Under the pieces are notes generated by a model that saw only the letters and a program-made list of their open reading frames with translations, made no database searches and was not told the DNA's origin. 60,904 bases of DNA. Origin: an uncultured Candidatus Bathyarchaeia archaeon (GTDB lineage: Archaea > Thermoproteota > CALKCG01 > B24). This document shows, one piece after another, positions 47,299 to 56,929 of this stretch (within the stretch, counting starts at the first letter, position 1; every line of letters begins with the position of its first letter). The stretch covers positions 1-60,904 of the forward strand of contig CAZMSC010000008.1 in assembly GCA_964568845.1 (NCBI GenBank), given 5' to 3'. The translations under genes and the position numbers were made by a program.

Positions 47299-50295
47299 CT
47301 ATAACAGCATTAAGATTCTCTCATACCCTGAATTGATCTTACCGTATTTGGTTTGAACATAGGAGCTTATTCTCCGCCAATCTTCCAACATTTTAGGTAG
47401 AAACTCTTTCACCACGTATGTTTCCACATAGTCTTCGAGTGGTTTTTCCCGTTTAATGGTTCTCTTTCTCCAGTCAAAGGTTATTAGCCCAGCCCGACGT
47501 AGGTGATTTAGACAGTTAAAGACCTGCTCTAGGCTGATAGAATAGTCTACAGTGTTTCTCAAATCTTCGATTAAGGACTCTATTGAAATTTCACCTTCAG
47601 GTCTTAGACACACAACGGCTACTGTGTTCTGAATAAGTCTCACGGTTTTACTCATGTAAATCCCAATCCTTCTAGGCGACAGTAGGAACTGCTCTAAGCG
47701 ATAGCCATACTTCTTGTAAAACAGGCTTTTGATCAGCTCCGCTAGAGCTAAGTAGGAGCCAAGGATGACAGCTAGGGCTATGAAGAATGTTGGAGGGGGC
47801 TTTACAAACCTAAAAATCGCTCCTATAGGTGTATAAGGTAACACAGACGCAAAGGCGATTATAGCTATGTTGTTTAGAAGCAGTAGTTTACTTGGGCGGC
47901 TCTTCCAGAATGGCGACTTCCTAGTTCTAATGACGAATATCACCAGTGTTTGGGAGACTAGAGACTCGATGAACCATGCTGTTTGAAACAGTTGTTCGGA
48001 AGCATTAAATACAAACAGCATTGTGAAAAATGTTAAGAAGTCAAAGAGAGAACTTACTGGACCCAAGCACATCATAAATAGCCTGATAAACTGTGTATCC
48101 AACCTCTTCGGCTTCGCGACATATTCATGGTCAACCTCATCCGTCGGTATTGCCGATTGTGAGAGATCGTAGAGAAGATTGTTAAGCAGTATCTGTATCG
48201 GAAGCATGGGTAGAAACGGTAGGAATAACGATGCGGCTGCCACGCTGAGCATGTTTCCGAAGTTTGAGCTTACACCCATCATTATATACTTCATGGTATT
48301 GCCGAATGTCTTCCTACCTTCTAGAACACCATCGTGGAGCACAGTTAAATCCGTCTTTAGAAGTATGATGTCAGCAGACTCTTTCGCAACATCAACGGCA
48401 TTATCCACAGATATTCCGACATCGGCACTTTTAAGCGATGGCGCATCGTTTATTCCATCACCTAGAAAACCTACGACATGACCATTGTTCTTTAAAGCGT
48501 TTATTATACGGTCTTTCTGCGCTGGTGTTACTCTGCAGAATATGTTCGCCTCTTCAACGACCCTTGCAAGCGCGTCATCATTCATCTGAGCTATTTCTCC
48601 CCCCGTGACGACCCCTCTAACTTCGAAGCCTAAGTATTCACAGACCTTCCTAGTCACCAGTTCATTATCACCTGTAAGTATTTTCAACTCTACACCTGCA
48701 TTCTTCAAAAGTTGAAGCGACTCCTTTGCAGTTTCCTTTGGGGGGTCGAGGAATGCTATAAAACCGAGGAAAACCATTTCGTTCTCATCGCTAGCAGAGT
48801 ATACGGCTTTCTCTACCTTCAAACGCTTATAAGCCACGGCTAAAACCCTAAAGCCCTCTGCACTCAGTTCGATGTACTTCTGCTTAATTTTCTGCTGTAT
48901 CTCATCTGTCACGTCCATTATAATGTCTTTAACTTCACAGTATGAACATATCTTCGCAACTTCTTCGGGAGCACCTTTAGTGATCATAAACCGCTGTTTT
49001 TGATAATCGACAATTATGGATAAACGTTTACGTATAAAATCAAATGGGATTTCATCCACCTTCGTATAATCCTTTACATCCATATTTCTAAACATAAGTA
49101 CAGCTTCATCAAGGGGGCTTTTCAAACCGGTTTGAAAGTAGCTGTTAAGATATGAATATAGCAATATCTTCTCGTTTTCCTCCCCATTAACGTCCACATA
49201 AAGTACAAGCTTTATCCTATTTTCAGTTAAAGTCCCAGTTTTATCTGTACATAGAACGTCCATATTTCCGAAGTTCTGTATAGAGGCTAAACGCTTTACG
49301 ATGACGCCTTTCTTAGCCATTGCGATTGCACCTTTAGAAAGGTTTACTGAAACTATCATCGGCAAAAGCTCCGGCGTCAAACCTACAGCTAAAGCCACTG
49401 CGAAGAGAAGCGATTCAAGTACACTACGCATGTAGAGGGCATTGATGAAAAAGACGAATAACACTAGGAAGAAGGTAACCTGTATTATCATATAACCGAA
49501 GCTTCTAATCCCCCTTTGAAACTCCGTTTCCGGCTCTTTCGCCGCAAGTTTAACAGCAATTCTCCCATATTCTGTCAAACTCCCGGTTTTAACTACAACT
49601 GCTGTCGCAGTTCCACTCACAACGGAAGTGCCCATGAAGAGGTGGTTGCTCCACTCTGTGATTGAAGGCTCGTAGGATTTTAAAGGCGTAGCCTTTTTCT
49701 CAACAGGGAAAGACTCACCAGTTAATGCAGACTGATCTATGAACAAGTCTTTTGCATTTATCACCCGCGCGTCTGCAGGTACTATATCCCCTGCTGAAAG
49801 ATATATTATATCGCCGGGGACTATCTCAGACAACCTCACTTCACGTTTAACACCATCTCTTAATACAGTAGCCGTAATGGCTACCCTCTGCTTCAGCATT
49901 TCAGCTGCTTTTTCAGCTTTAGATTCTTGGTAAAAGTCCAGAAGAACACTGGCAAATACTATCGAGAATACTATGGCGGCATTTACAGTTTCTCCGAAAA
50001 AGCCTGAAATCAACCCGGCGATTAATAATATGGTTAGTAAGGGGCTTCTAAAGTGGGAGAGAAACTCTATAAAAGCGGTTCGCCTCTTCCTCTTGGCAAG
50101 CTCATTGTAACCGAAGATTTTTAAACGTGCTCCAGCCTCATCGGATGAAAGCCCAGATAAAGACGTCTTTAAACGTGAGAGAAGCTCATCTATAGGTAAC
50201 GTTAAAATATCGCTTGAACTCGGCAAAGTCCAACCGGCAACTCCGCCTGTCGTAGATGCTTCTCTGTTTCGGTTGTGCATCTTCACAAACCCCAT
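47299..50295 (-). CDS. mgtA: Mg2+-importing P-type ATPase with a C-terminal extension
   Basis: TGES, AVGLTPELLP, DKTGTLT, PFDFIRKR, KGAPEE, TGDN, GDGIND, SSNFGNM, NLLYD, FQTAWFIES. Confidence 0.92.
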   Translation of the reverse strand: MGFVKMHNRNREASTTGGVAGWTLPSSSDILTLPIDELLSRLKTSLSGLSSDEAGARLKIFGYNELAKRKRRTAFIEFLSHFRSPLLTILLIAGLISGFFGETVNAAIVFSIVFASVLLDFYQESKAEKAAEMLKQRVAITATVLRDGVKREVRLSEIVPGDIIYLSAGDIVPADARVINAKDLFIDQSALTGESFPVEKKATPLKSYEPSITEWSNHLFMGTSVVSGTATAVVVKTGSLTEYGRIAVKLAAKEPETEFQRGIRSFGYMIIQVTFFLVLFVFFINALYMRSVLESLLFAVALAVGLTPELLPMIVSVNLSKGAIAMAKKGVIVKRLASIQNFGNMDVLCTDKTGTLTENRIKLVLYVDVNGEENEKILLYSYLNSYFQTGLKSPLDEAVLMFRNMDVKDYTKVDEIPFDFIRKRLSIIVDYQKQRFMITKGAPEEVAKICSYCEVKDIIMDVTDEIQQKIKQKYIELSAEGFRVLAVAYKRLKVEKAVYSASDENEMVFLGFIAFLDPPKETAKESLQLLKNAGVELKILTGDNELVTRKVCEYLGFEVRGVVTGGEIAQMNDDALARVVEEANIFCRVTPAQKDRIINALKNNGHVVGFLGDGINDAPSLKSADVGISVDNAVDVAKESADIILLKTDLTVLHDGVLEGRKTFGNTMKYIMMGVSSNFGNMLSVAAASLFLPFLPMLPIQILLNNLLYDLSQSAIPTDEVDHEYVAKPKRLDTQFIRLFMMCLGPVSSLFDFLTFFTMLFVFNASEQLFQTAWFIESLVSQTLVIFVIRTRKSPFWKSRPSKLLLLNNIAIIAFASVLPYTPIGAIFRFVKPPPTFFIALAVILGSYLALAELIKSLFYKKYGYRLEQFLLSPRRIGIYMSKTVRLIQNTVAVVCLRPEGEISIESLIEDLRNTVDYSISLEQVFNCLNHLRRAGLITFDWRKRTIKREKPLEDYVETYVVKEFLPKMLEDWRRISSYVQTKYGKINSGYERILMLL

Positions 50296-50411
50296 CTTTC
50301 TAAGTCGCCTTTAAATTGAATTTACATCTAAGCGATTGAGCACATTGCACTATTATAAGAGTTTCCACATAGCACTATAGAACGGCTTAAGGTAGGGATA
50401 ATATATTTTGA

Positions 50412-51131
50412 CTAGAAATTGGATAGAATCTTTGACGCTTTATAGATCTTAGAATAGACGCCGTTTAAGCTGAGTCCCATTTCACTCTTATAGAACTTCA
50501 ATAGGGCTTTAAGGGTTTTAACTTCAATTTTCAATCCACTTAAAAGTTTGAGGTCTCTGAACTTTTCATTGTTTTCCAAGGTTAAGCAATAGTTATAGAT
50601 GTCTTCAACTCTTTTATCTAGTGAATTTAAAAATCCTTCAATTATACGTTTTGCTGAGTGGTCGTGTATCAGAATAAGCCTTGAAGCACACGTAACTCTG
50701 CCACCATAGATTATTATTCTTTTAATTAGACTGCTAGGCGATACTATAGGTGTCCCATCGTATTCCTCATATTTAGTATGGGGGAAGAGGTATATTGAAG
50801 GAGAAAGCTTAAAACATGGGCTTCTTCTTAAAAGCCTACTGACTGCTTTCCTTACGCGTGTGTTACGCGGCAAGTCATATGCAACAAGTATTAGACTTCC
50901 AAGATCGTAAATATCTTCTTCGAAATTTATAAAGGGTTTCTGGAGCTCTCTAGCCGTTTTAAGAACAGTAATGGAATCTGAGCAACTATCTATGACAGGC
51001 TTTAAATCTAAATCTAAGCTGTTAGAACGGCTCATCCACAGCCCTTTATGAATCCTCAAGTATCCCCTTTCAAAAAGGTAGGCGATATCCTTCGGCCGTA
51101 AAGGTTTCCCCCAGACTATGTATAAGGGCAT
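50412..51131 (-). CDS. Hypothetical protein with a Cas2/PaaX-middle-domain-like segment
   Basis: LILVAYDLP...RKAVSRLLRR..CFKLSPSIYLFP resembles the ferredoxin-like Cas2/PaaX motif. Confidence 0.5.
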   Translation of the reverse strand: MPLYIVWGKPLRPKDIAYLFERGYLRIHKGLWMSRSNSLDLDLKPVIDSCSDSITVLKTARELQKPFINFEEDIYDLGSLILVAYDLPRNTRVRKAVSRLLRRSPCFKLSPSIYLFPHTKYEEYDGTPIVSPSSLIKRIIIYGGRVTCASRLILIHDHSAKRIIEGFLNSLDKRVEDIYNYCLTLENNEKFRDLKLLSGLKIEVKTLKALLKFYKSEMGLSLNGVYSKIYKASKILSNF

Positions 51132-51212
51132 CTAGACATCATGGTATAACATACGTCACATAAATAGTTTATCTCATCTGTTCTATTTATCTACAAAGAA
51201 AAAATGGGGGTT

Positions 51213-51244
51213 AAGTAGTGGAGTTAATTTTAACTCCACTACTT
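51213..51244. terminator. 15-bp perfect inverted repeat followed on the minus strand by a U-tract
   Basis: AAGTAGTGGAGTTAA-tt-TTAACTCCACTACTT; the minus strand continues AACCCCCATTTTTTC. Confidence 0.75.
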
Positions 51245-51289
51245 CTTTTTCTTCTTCTCCTTCTTCTCCTCTTTCTTCTCCGCGCTCAT
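51239..51289 (-). CDS. Putative 16-aa Lys/Glu micropeptide MSAEKKEEKKEKKKKK
   Basis: ATG at 51289 preceded by SD GGGGGTG; TAG at 51239-51241. Confidence 0.5.
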   Translation of the reverse strand: MSAEKKEEKKEKKKKK

Positions 51290-51305
51290 GGGAAAACACC
51301 CCCGA

Positions 51306-51512
51306 TTAGAATAAGTCTTCCTCCTCTTCTCCTTCTTCCAATTCTTCTCCTTCTTCCTCTTCCCCTTCGAAGACCTCTAGAATCCACTTCCGCCCTGTAC
51401 GCTTTATAACGAGAGTAGTATCGCAGTAAGGGCAGTCTATAGTAGTTTCCGGTTGAGGCTTGCTACCTATATCGACCTCTTCGTCACACACTGGACACTT
51501 TGCGTTAACCAT
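51306..51512 (-). CDS. LysW-like zinc-ribbon protein with acidic tail
   Basis: CPVC...CPYC plus a poly-Glu tail; ends EEEEDLF rather than the LysW EDWGE. Confidence 0.65.
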   Translation of the reverse strand: MVNAKCPVCDEEVDIGSKPQPETTIDCPYCDTTLVIKRTGRKWILEVFEGEEEEGEELEEGEEEEDLF

Positions 51513-51589
51513 TATTTTTCTCCAATTAGAGAGGAGGACACCAAAATGCTAAAGGATTTACTAACACTACTATATCTATAGAATAGAAT

Positions 51590-51705
51590 TGGAATAGTCA
51601 AAAAATCTTTTTTTTTAAAAAACTTTTTTAATTTCAAGCTTAATTTTTTGAATTTTTGAAATTTCAATTTTAAAAAATACTTATTTCAATTTGAATTGTA
51701 AAGAA
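51590..51705. other. Extremely AT-rich tract with ATTTCAA/TTGAA repeats
   Basis: Almost only A/T, with long T and A runs and ATTTCAA three times plus inverted TTGAA copies. Confidence 0.7.
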
Positions 51706-51858
51706 AACCGTAGAACAAATCTGTCACTAAAGACTGCAACAATCCATAGAAATTTAGCAGTTGTAAACTTCTCTAGCGATTTTTAATTTCAGTATCTCTT
51801 AATGACTTCGCATTCTAGCTTTATGGGTCTCTGCGGTAGACTGTGACTTTATAACATC

Positions 51859-52314
51859 CTAAATAACTTCTTCCGGTAGCAGGACTACGTCTCTTAACTC
51901 CATCTTTCGGATAAACTCCTTAAGCTCTTTATCTAAAGTTAATAGTTTGAGGCCTAAACTGGACGAAGTCGCATAGAGTATATTGTCTATAATGTCTCTA
52001 CTTTCCAAGGAATATAATCTTAACGCTTCTCTGAATGCTTCAGAGCTTTCTTCGACTTTAACATATCTGCCTCCCTCGATTATACTCCTTAATCCCTCGT
52101 TAAACCTCTCAACATCTAAGCTTTTATCCCTCATTAGTCTGATGGCGATCCATAAAGATTCTAAAATGCTGAAACTAGAGTAGTATAGTTCAGCCTTTTT
52201 CTCCACTAGCCTTCCAAGGCATTCCAACACCTCTCCCTTCACGTCAATACCTAATGTGGGGAGTAAAAAGGATGTATCAAGAAGAATCTTCAAAGTATTT
52301 TGCCTGCTCTTCAA
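51859..52314 (-). CDS. vapC: PIN-domain toxin
   Basis: ILLDTSFLL, SILE, DIIDNILYATS, LLTLD. The start is likely TTG 52293, overlapping the antitoxin. Confidence 0.88.
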   Translation of the reverse strand: MKSRQNTLKILLDTSFLLPTLGIDVKGEVLECLGRLVEKKAELYYSSFSILESLWIAIRLMRDKSLDVERFNEGLRSIIEGGRYVKVEESSEAFREALRLYSLESRDIIDNILYATSSSLGLKLLTLDKELKEFIRKMELRDVVLLPEEVI

Positions 52315-52531
52315 GACTTATCGCCTCAATTTGACTAGGGTTTATCGACGCAAACTTCGTACCTGAGAGGGCGAGTTGTATTGGGTCTTTAAGTACTTCC
52401 AAAACTAATACGCCACCGGAAACCCTTAAAAGCACCTTCTCCCCCTCTCTTATACCAAGAGCTTTAACGATCACCCTAGGCAAGTAAATAGCATACTTCT
52501 TTCCGACACGTGCTTCTACTGTCAGACTCAT
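52277..52531 (-). CDS. vapB: AbrB/MazE-type antitoxin
   Basis: RVGKKYAIYLP...ALGIREGEKV; start ATG 52531. Confidence 0.85.
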   Translation of the reverse strand: MSLTVEARVGKKYAIYLPRVIVKALGIREGEKVLLRVSGGVLVLEVLKDPIQLALSGTKFASINPSQIEAISLEEQAKYFEDSS

Positions 52532-52665
52532 ATTCAATATACCTGACTTATAGACGGTTAGTCGGCTATAAAAATATTCCTTTACGAGCAGGATGCTAAG
52601 CCGTGACACCTAAAATTATGTTAACCTTCATTTAGAAGAAGCGTTGTTTAAATGTTCCTGTAACT

Positions 52666-53784
52666 CTAATTTTCGACGAGTTTACGCTTCAAATCTAAGT
52701 AGTATAGGAAGTTTTCAAGCGGGACGTCTGGAGGTACTGTATGGTCGACTGTTGGGATATATCCTCCCAGTTCAACCATAGGCGCTATTTTACGGTATAC
52801 CTCTCTCTCTATTGCTTTTCTACCATTTACGAGCGCCCTCTTATCTATCCCACCGTATAGTGCTAGTTTCTCGCCATATTTTCTCCGAACTCTTACAGGA
52901 TCCATGCCTGAAGCCGCTTCTAAAGGCCAGTGTGCATTCACGCCAGCCTCTATTATTAGAGGGATGAGCGGTTCGGTGTCGCCATCACTGTCCAATTCGA
53001 TAACCTTCACCCCATGCCACCTCAAATATCTAATAATCTCTTCATAGCGTGGTAGGAGGAATTCCCGGAAGATCTTAGGCGATATCAACGGTCCACTTTT
53101 ACATGCGAAGTCCTCGTTGAAGATGAATGCGTCAACCTCAACTTCTCTTAGAGCTTTTTCAGCAACTTTCATGAAGAATTCGACCATGAAGTCGAGAATT
53201 TCATGTACTAGATCCGGCATCTTGTAGAAGGCTATGGACAGTCTAACTGTACCCATCATGTTCCTCAGATTCCAGTACAAACCTCCGAAGCCGCAGTTCT
53301 CAGTCAAATATAGCGGATAGTCTCTAATCTTCCACTTCTTCTTCAACCCCTCCCAGTTCTCAGGGTATCTTCCAGGATCGTAGGGATCGAAATACTTTTT
53401 AAACTCTCGAAAGCTTTCACGGTCTTTGACGTAGAAGTCTATGTACGTGTCCATCGAGGCTCTTGTACCGTGGGCTTCACCCTCCTTAAGAGCCCTCCTA
53501 ACGCGCCCCCACTTGTCTCTGAAAACCAGGTAACGGTCATCCTCAGCTATAACTTTTTCCTCGAAGCCTGGAATCGGCTCCAAGTTTAAGGGAATAAAGT
53601 CTCTCTTATCGAGTTTGGCGAATTTAGGCTCGCCTCTAAACCAGTCTCCCTTAAGCTCCTCTTCACTTAAACCCTCTTGAAGCCATCTATCGTACGTCTG
53701 ACCCCATATTCCAAGCTCCCAATACGGATACCTATCAACCTTCTGAAAACTAACAGTAGCTAGAAACCTCTCCAGATCGTTCAT
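52666..53784 (-). CDS. Uroporphyrinogen decarboxylase / MtaA-CmuA superfamily protein
   Basis: ERFLA...DRYP, EDFACKSGPLISP, DSDGD, GGIDK, GGYIPTVDHTVPPDVP. Confidence 0.85.
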   Translation of the reverse strand: MNDLERFLATVSFQKVDRYPYWELGIWGQTYDRWLQEGLSEEELKGDWFRGEPKFAKLDKRDFIPLNLEPIPGFEEKVIAEDDRYLVFRDKWGRVRRALKEGEAHGTRASMDTYIDFYVKDRESFREFKKYFDPYDPGRYPENWEGLKKKWKIRDYPLYLTENCGFGGLYWNLRNMMGTVRLSIAFYKMPDLVHEILDFMVEFFMKVAEKALREVEVDAFIFNEDFACKSGPLISPKIFREFLLPRYEEIIRYLRWHGVKVIELDSDGDTEPLIPLIIEAGVNAHWPLEAASGMDPVRVRRKYGEKLALYGGIDKRALVNGRKAIEREVYRKIAPMVELGGYIPTVDHTVPPDVPLENFLYYLDLKRKLVEN

Positions 53785-53864
53785 GTTAAAACTCTGTTTG
53801 ACATATTGATGTTGGAAAAGAGATATAAAGTTAGAGGCGAATCTTCAGATTTGGAGCTGATTCT

Positions 53865-55787
53865 ATGTCCGTCGTTAAACTCAGTAGGAAGACTTACTAC
53901 GATAAAGTTTATGGATGTTGGCTGGGTAAGAACGCCGGTGGAACACTGGGCACACCTCTTGAACGTATATTCGGTCAAGAAGAGATGTTCGATGTCTGGT
54001 GGTATCCGAAGCTTGTTGAAGGCGGTATTCCAAACGACGATCTCGAGATTCAACTGGTTTGGCTTCAAGCCCTCAGAGACCGAGGTGTCCATATAACCGC
54101 GCGGGATTTAGCTGAATACTGGCTTGACTGCATACTGTACAACTACGACGAGTACGGATTGCATAAGACCAATTTAAGGAAAGGGTTGCAGCCGCCGGTT
54201 TCAGGATGGTATAACAACTGGTTTAAAGACTGTATGGGTAGTCCTATACGTTCAGAAATATGGGCTTGTATAGCGCCGGGCTCCCCCCATATAGCTGCAT
54301 GGTATGCTTACCAAGACGCCGTATGCGACCATGCTGGAGGGGAGTCTGTCTACGGCGAGGTTTTCAACGCAGTGGTGGAATCCTCAGCCTTCCTGATAAG
54401 CGATAGAGTTAAACTGGTAGAGCTAGGTCTTTCAGCAATCCCGGAGAACAGTACGACTGCGAAAGCCATACATACGGCTTTAAAATCCTACCTCAGCGGG
54501 TTGGACTGGAGGAAGGCGCGTGAGAAAGTTAAAGAAGTGGCTTACAGTCCAATAGCTCAGTATTCTCCTATAAATCTAGGCTTCCAAACCATTGGACTAC
54601 TATACGGGGAGGATTTTGGAGACGCTATGTGTAAAGCCGTAAACTGTGGATGGGATACAGACTGTACTGGTGCGACGGTGGGAGCAATATGGGGCATAAT
54701 CAGCGGTATAAGCGGTCTTCCGGAGAAATGGGTTAAACCCTTAGGAGAACAAGTCCTCGTAAGCCGTGGAATAGTAAATATCCACGTGCCTAGGAACTTG
54801 CATGAACTTACGGAAGAAGTGTGTAGAATAGGTGAACGGGTTCTAAGGTCCTTCGGTTCGCCCGTAGAGCTATCTGATGAAGATGACTTTTCTAAAGCTG
54901 AAGACGCCATATTAAGCTCTTTAAGATATATGAAGAACATCTATGATATTCCCTATAATAAGGTATGTTTTGACCTGATCGCTGTGAAAGCCTCAATCAC
55001 GTATGTAGATGGGCCAGCTATTCTTCCAGATACCCCAAACCGGTTTAAAGTCTCCATAGAAAACGTTAGACTAACGCCTATATCTGGGAAACTTAACATA
55101 CATGTTCCCAGAGGTTGGAGTTTAAAACCCTCTTCAACTTGCCTTTTCGATTTGGAACCGAGGGAGAAAATTGAATTCGACTTTTCAGCGACATCAAATG
55201 TATACGGTATAGACACCGTTAATAGGGGGGCGGTTGAAATTTCAATCTATGGAAGACCAAACCTCCTATGGATTCCACTGAACTTTGTTGGAGGATTCCG
55301 TTGGCTGGTTTCAGAAGTCTTCAGAGAACCAGTTTCCCTAGAAGCTGAATTTCCACCTGATAAAGACGTAAGACTTATGGAGACTGGTGAAAGATGGAAA
55401 GCCGTCTCTTGGCCTGAAAACGCCTTAGAGGTAGAGCAGTTCTTCGAAGGTAAACCTGGAGTCATATATCTACGCCACTTCATCCACTCTTCCAGTGAAC
55501 TAAAAGTTGTGTTAGGCGTACCAAACAACAGTAGAATGCGTCTCTGGTTAAACGGTGAAAAGATAAATGAAACGAGGCAGACAGTCCCGCTGAGACCGAA
55601 TTACGGCGGTGACGGCTCCAACTACACCACCGCCACCCTTCAGAAGGGGTGGAACCATATAATGGTAAAAATACTACGGTACAATAAGCCTGTAGAAGCA
55701 CACTTTACAATAGCCGATGCTGAATGGCACGGTGGAATTACCGATCTAATCCGATGTAAATTTCCATGGGAGTGTAAGGATGTTTAA
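53865..55787 (+). CDS. ADP-ribosylglycohydrolase family protein with C-terminal beta-rich domains
   Basis: KVYGCWLGK..GGTLG.P, PNDDL, MGSPIRSEIW, GWDTDCTGATVGA; about 300-aa C-terminal extension (VPRGW; LWLNG...LQKGWNHIMVK). Confidence 0.85.
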   Translation: MSVVKLSRKTYYDKVYGCWLGKNAGGTLGTPLERIFGQEEMFDVWWYPKLVEGGIPNDDLEIQLVWLQALRDRGVHITARDLAEYWLDCILYNYDEYGLHKTNLRKGLQPPVSGWYNNWFKDCMGSPIRSEIWACIAPGSPHIAAWYAYQDAVCDHAGGESVYGEVFNAVVESSAFLISDRVKLVELGLSAIPENSTTAKAIHTALKSYLSGLDWRKAREKVKEVAYSPIAQYSPINLGFQTIGLLYGEDFGDAMCKAVNCGWDTDCTGATVGAIWGIISGISGLPEKWVKPLGEQVLVSRGIVNIHVPRNLHELTEEVCRIGERVLRSFGSPVELSDEDDFSKAEDAILSSLRYMKNIYDIPYNKVCFDLIAVKASITYVDGPAILPDTPNRFKVSIENVRLTPISGKLNIHVPRGWSLKPSSTCLFDLEPREKIEFDFSATSNVYGIDTVNRGAVEISIYGRPNLLWIPLNFVGGFRWLVSEVFREPVSLEAEFPPDKDVRLMETGERWKAVSWPENALEVEQFFEGKPGVIYLRHFIHSSSELKVVLGVPNNSRMRLWLNGEKINETRQTVPLRPNYGGDGSNYTTATLQKGWNHIMVKILRYNKPVEAHFTIADAEWHGGITDLIRCKFPWECKDV

Positions 55788-56809
55788 ACCTTTCTAAGTC
55801 TACTCGGTATTTGCTGTCCTACATCCATATAGGCCATTTCTTCAAGCTTCGTAGCTCTAAGCCCGCAGATGCCCGGTATCAAATTCTCCTCCTTCCCTAG
55901 TATTGTCCTCACAAAATTTACGTCTGGGTTTGGACTGACCCTTGGAAGTAAGCTCCGGTCGATTTTCGTCACGTTCGACTCAGAGTCTTCAACGTAAACA
56001 GCTCCATCCACTATGTGGACAGCCCCTTTCGAACACCAAACCCTGACTTCATCAGTCACACTAGTATGTGGTCTAGGATGCCCTCCAGATATCGATATTG
56101 ACGCTAAAGCGCCGTTGGACAATTCCACGGCTAAAACAGCATAGAGCTCTACGGGAGCCCCAGCCCTATCCATAAAAGCTTTAACCTTCACGGGCTCTGC
56201 ATCAGTCATCCAAAGTATTACATCTACTAGGTGTGTTCCAGATGCCTTAAGCTGACCTCCACCTGAAACTTTAGAGTCTAGATAGAATCTTCCAGCCGCT
56301 ACGAGGTTTTGAACAAGCCAGCCGACTATCATATGGGGCTCACCCAATTCACCGCTTAAAATTTTACGTCTAGCGTAAACGTACTCTGGTTGACAGTGCC
56401 GCTGGTAACCTACTGTTAATACGAGGCTACGTTTAGAAGCCTCACTAACCATTTCCTCGGCCTCTCTAACAGATAGAGCCATAGGTTTCTCCACAAGTAC
56501 GTGTAGCCCATGTTTGAAGGCCTTCATAGTATGTTCATAGTGTAGATTGTGAGGAGTGCATACGATAACCGCGTCTAGTTCCACGCCATCCAGCATATCG
56601 TCGTAGTCTTCAAAGACGACGCTTTGATCCAATTCTTCAGGGGCTATATTCCTAAAAATATTTACATATCTTCTCAAATTTTCAGCGTTGCTTTTAACGA
56701 TGTCGCACAATGCCACTATTTTAGCCTCCCCCTCTCTTAGAAGGCTAAGCCTTCTAACATGCTCCCAGCTTATACTACCGCAACCGACAATTCCAATCCC
56801 AACACTCAT
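55784..56809 (-). CDS. Gfo/Idh/MocA family oxidoreductase
   Basis: IGIVGCGSI, CTPHNLH, HVLVEKP, GGG...GTHLVD. Confidence 0.92.
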   Translation of the reverse strand: MSVGIGIVGCGSISWEHVRRLSLLREGEAKIVALCDIVKSNAENLRRYVNIFRNIAPEELDQSVVFEDYDDMLDGVELDAVIVCTPHNLHYEHTMKAFKHGLHVLVEKPMALSVREAEEMVSEASKRSLVLTVGYQRHCQPEYVYARRKILSGELGEPHMIVGWLVQNLVAAGRFYLDSKVSGGGQLKASGTHLVDVILWMTDAEPVKVKAFMDRAGAPVELYAVLAVELSNGALASISISGGHPRPHTSVTDEVRVWCSKGAVHIVDGAVYVEDSESNVTKIDRSLLPRVSPNPDVNFVRTILGKEENLIPGICGLRATKLEEMAYMDVGQQIPSRLRKV

Positions 56810-56929
56810 ATAGGTCCAAAATACTATAGGACTTCTAGCACTTTTAGCTTTTCAGCAACATGATTAAATGCAACTTTAATTAATGGAAAACTGAGAAAAG
56901 GAAGATGGATGAAAAAAGGTATTCACAGC

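Noticed and set aside
51218-51409. Leu-rich 63-aa plus-strand ORF
   Set aside because: It is the antisense shadow of GAA/AAG-rich codons on the minus strand.
51590-51705. Replication origin call
   Set aside because: No ORB-like repeats and no orc1/cdc6 gene; kept only as an AT-rich tract.
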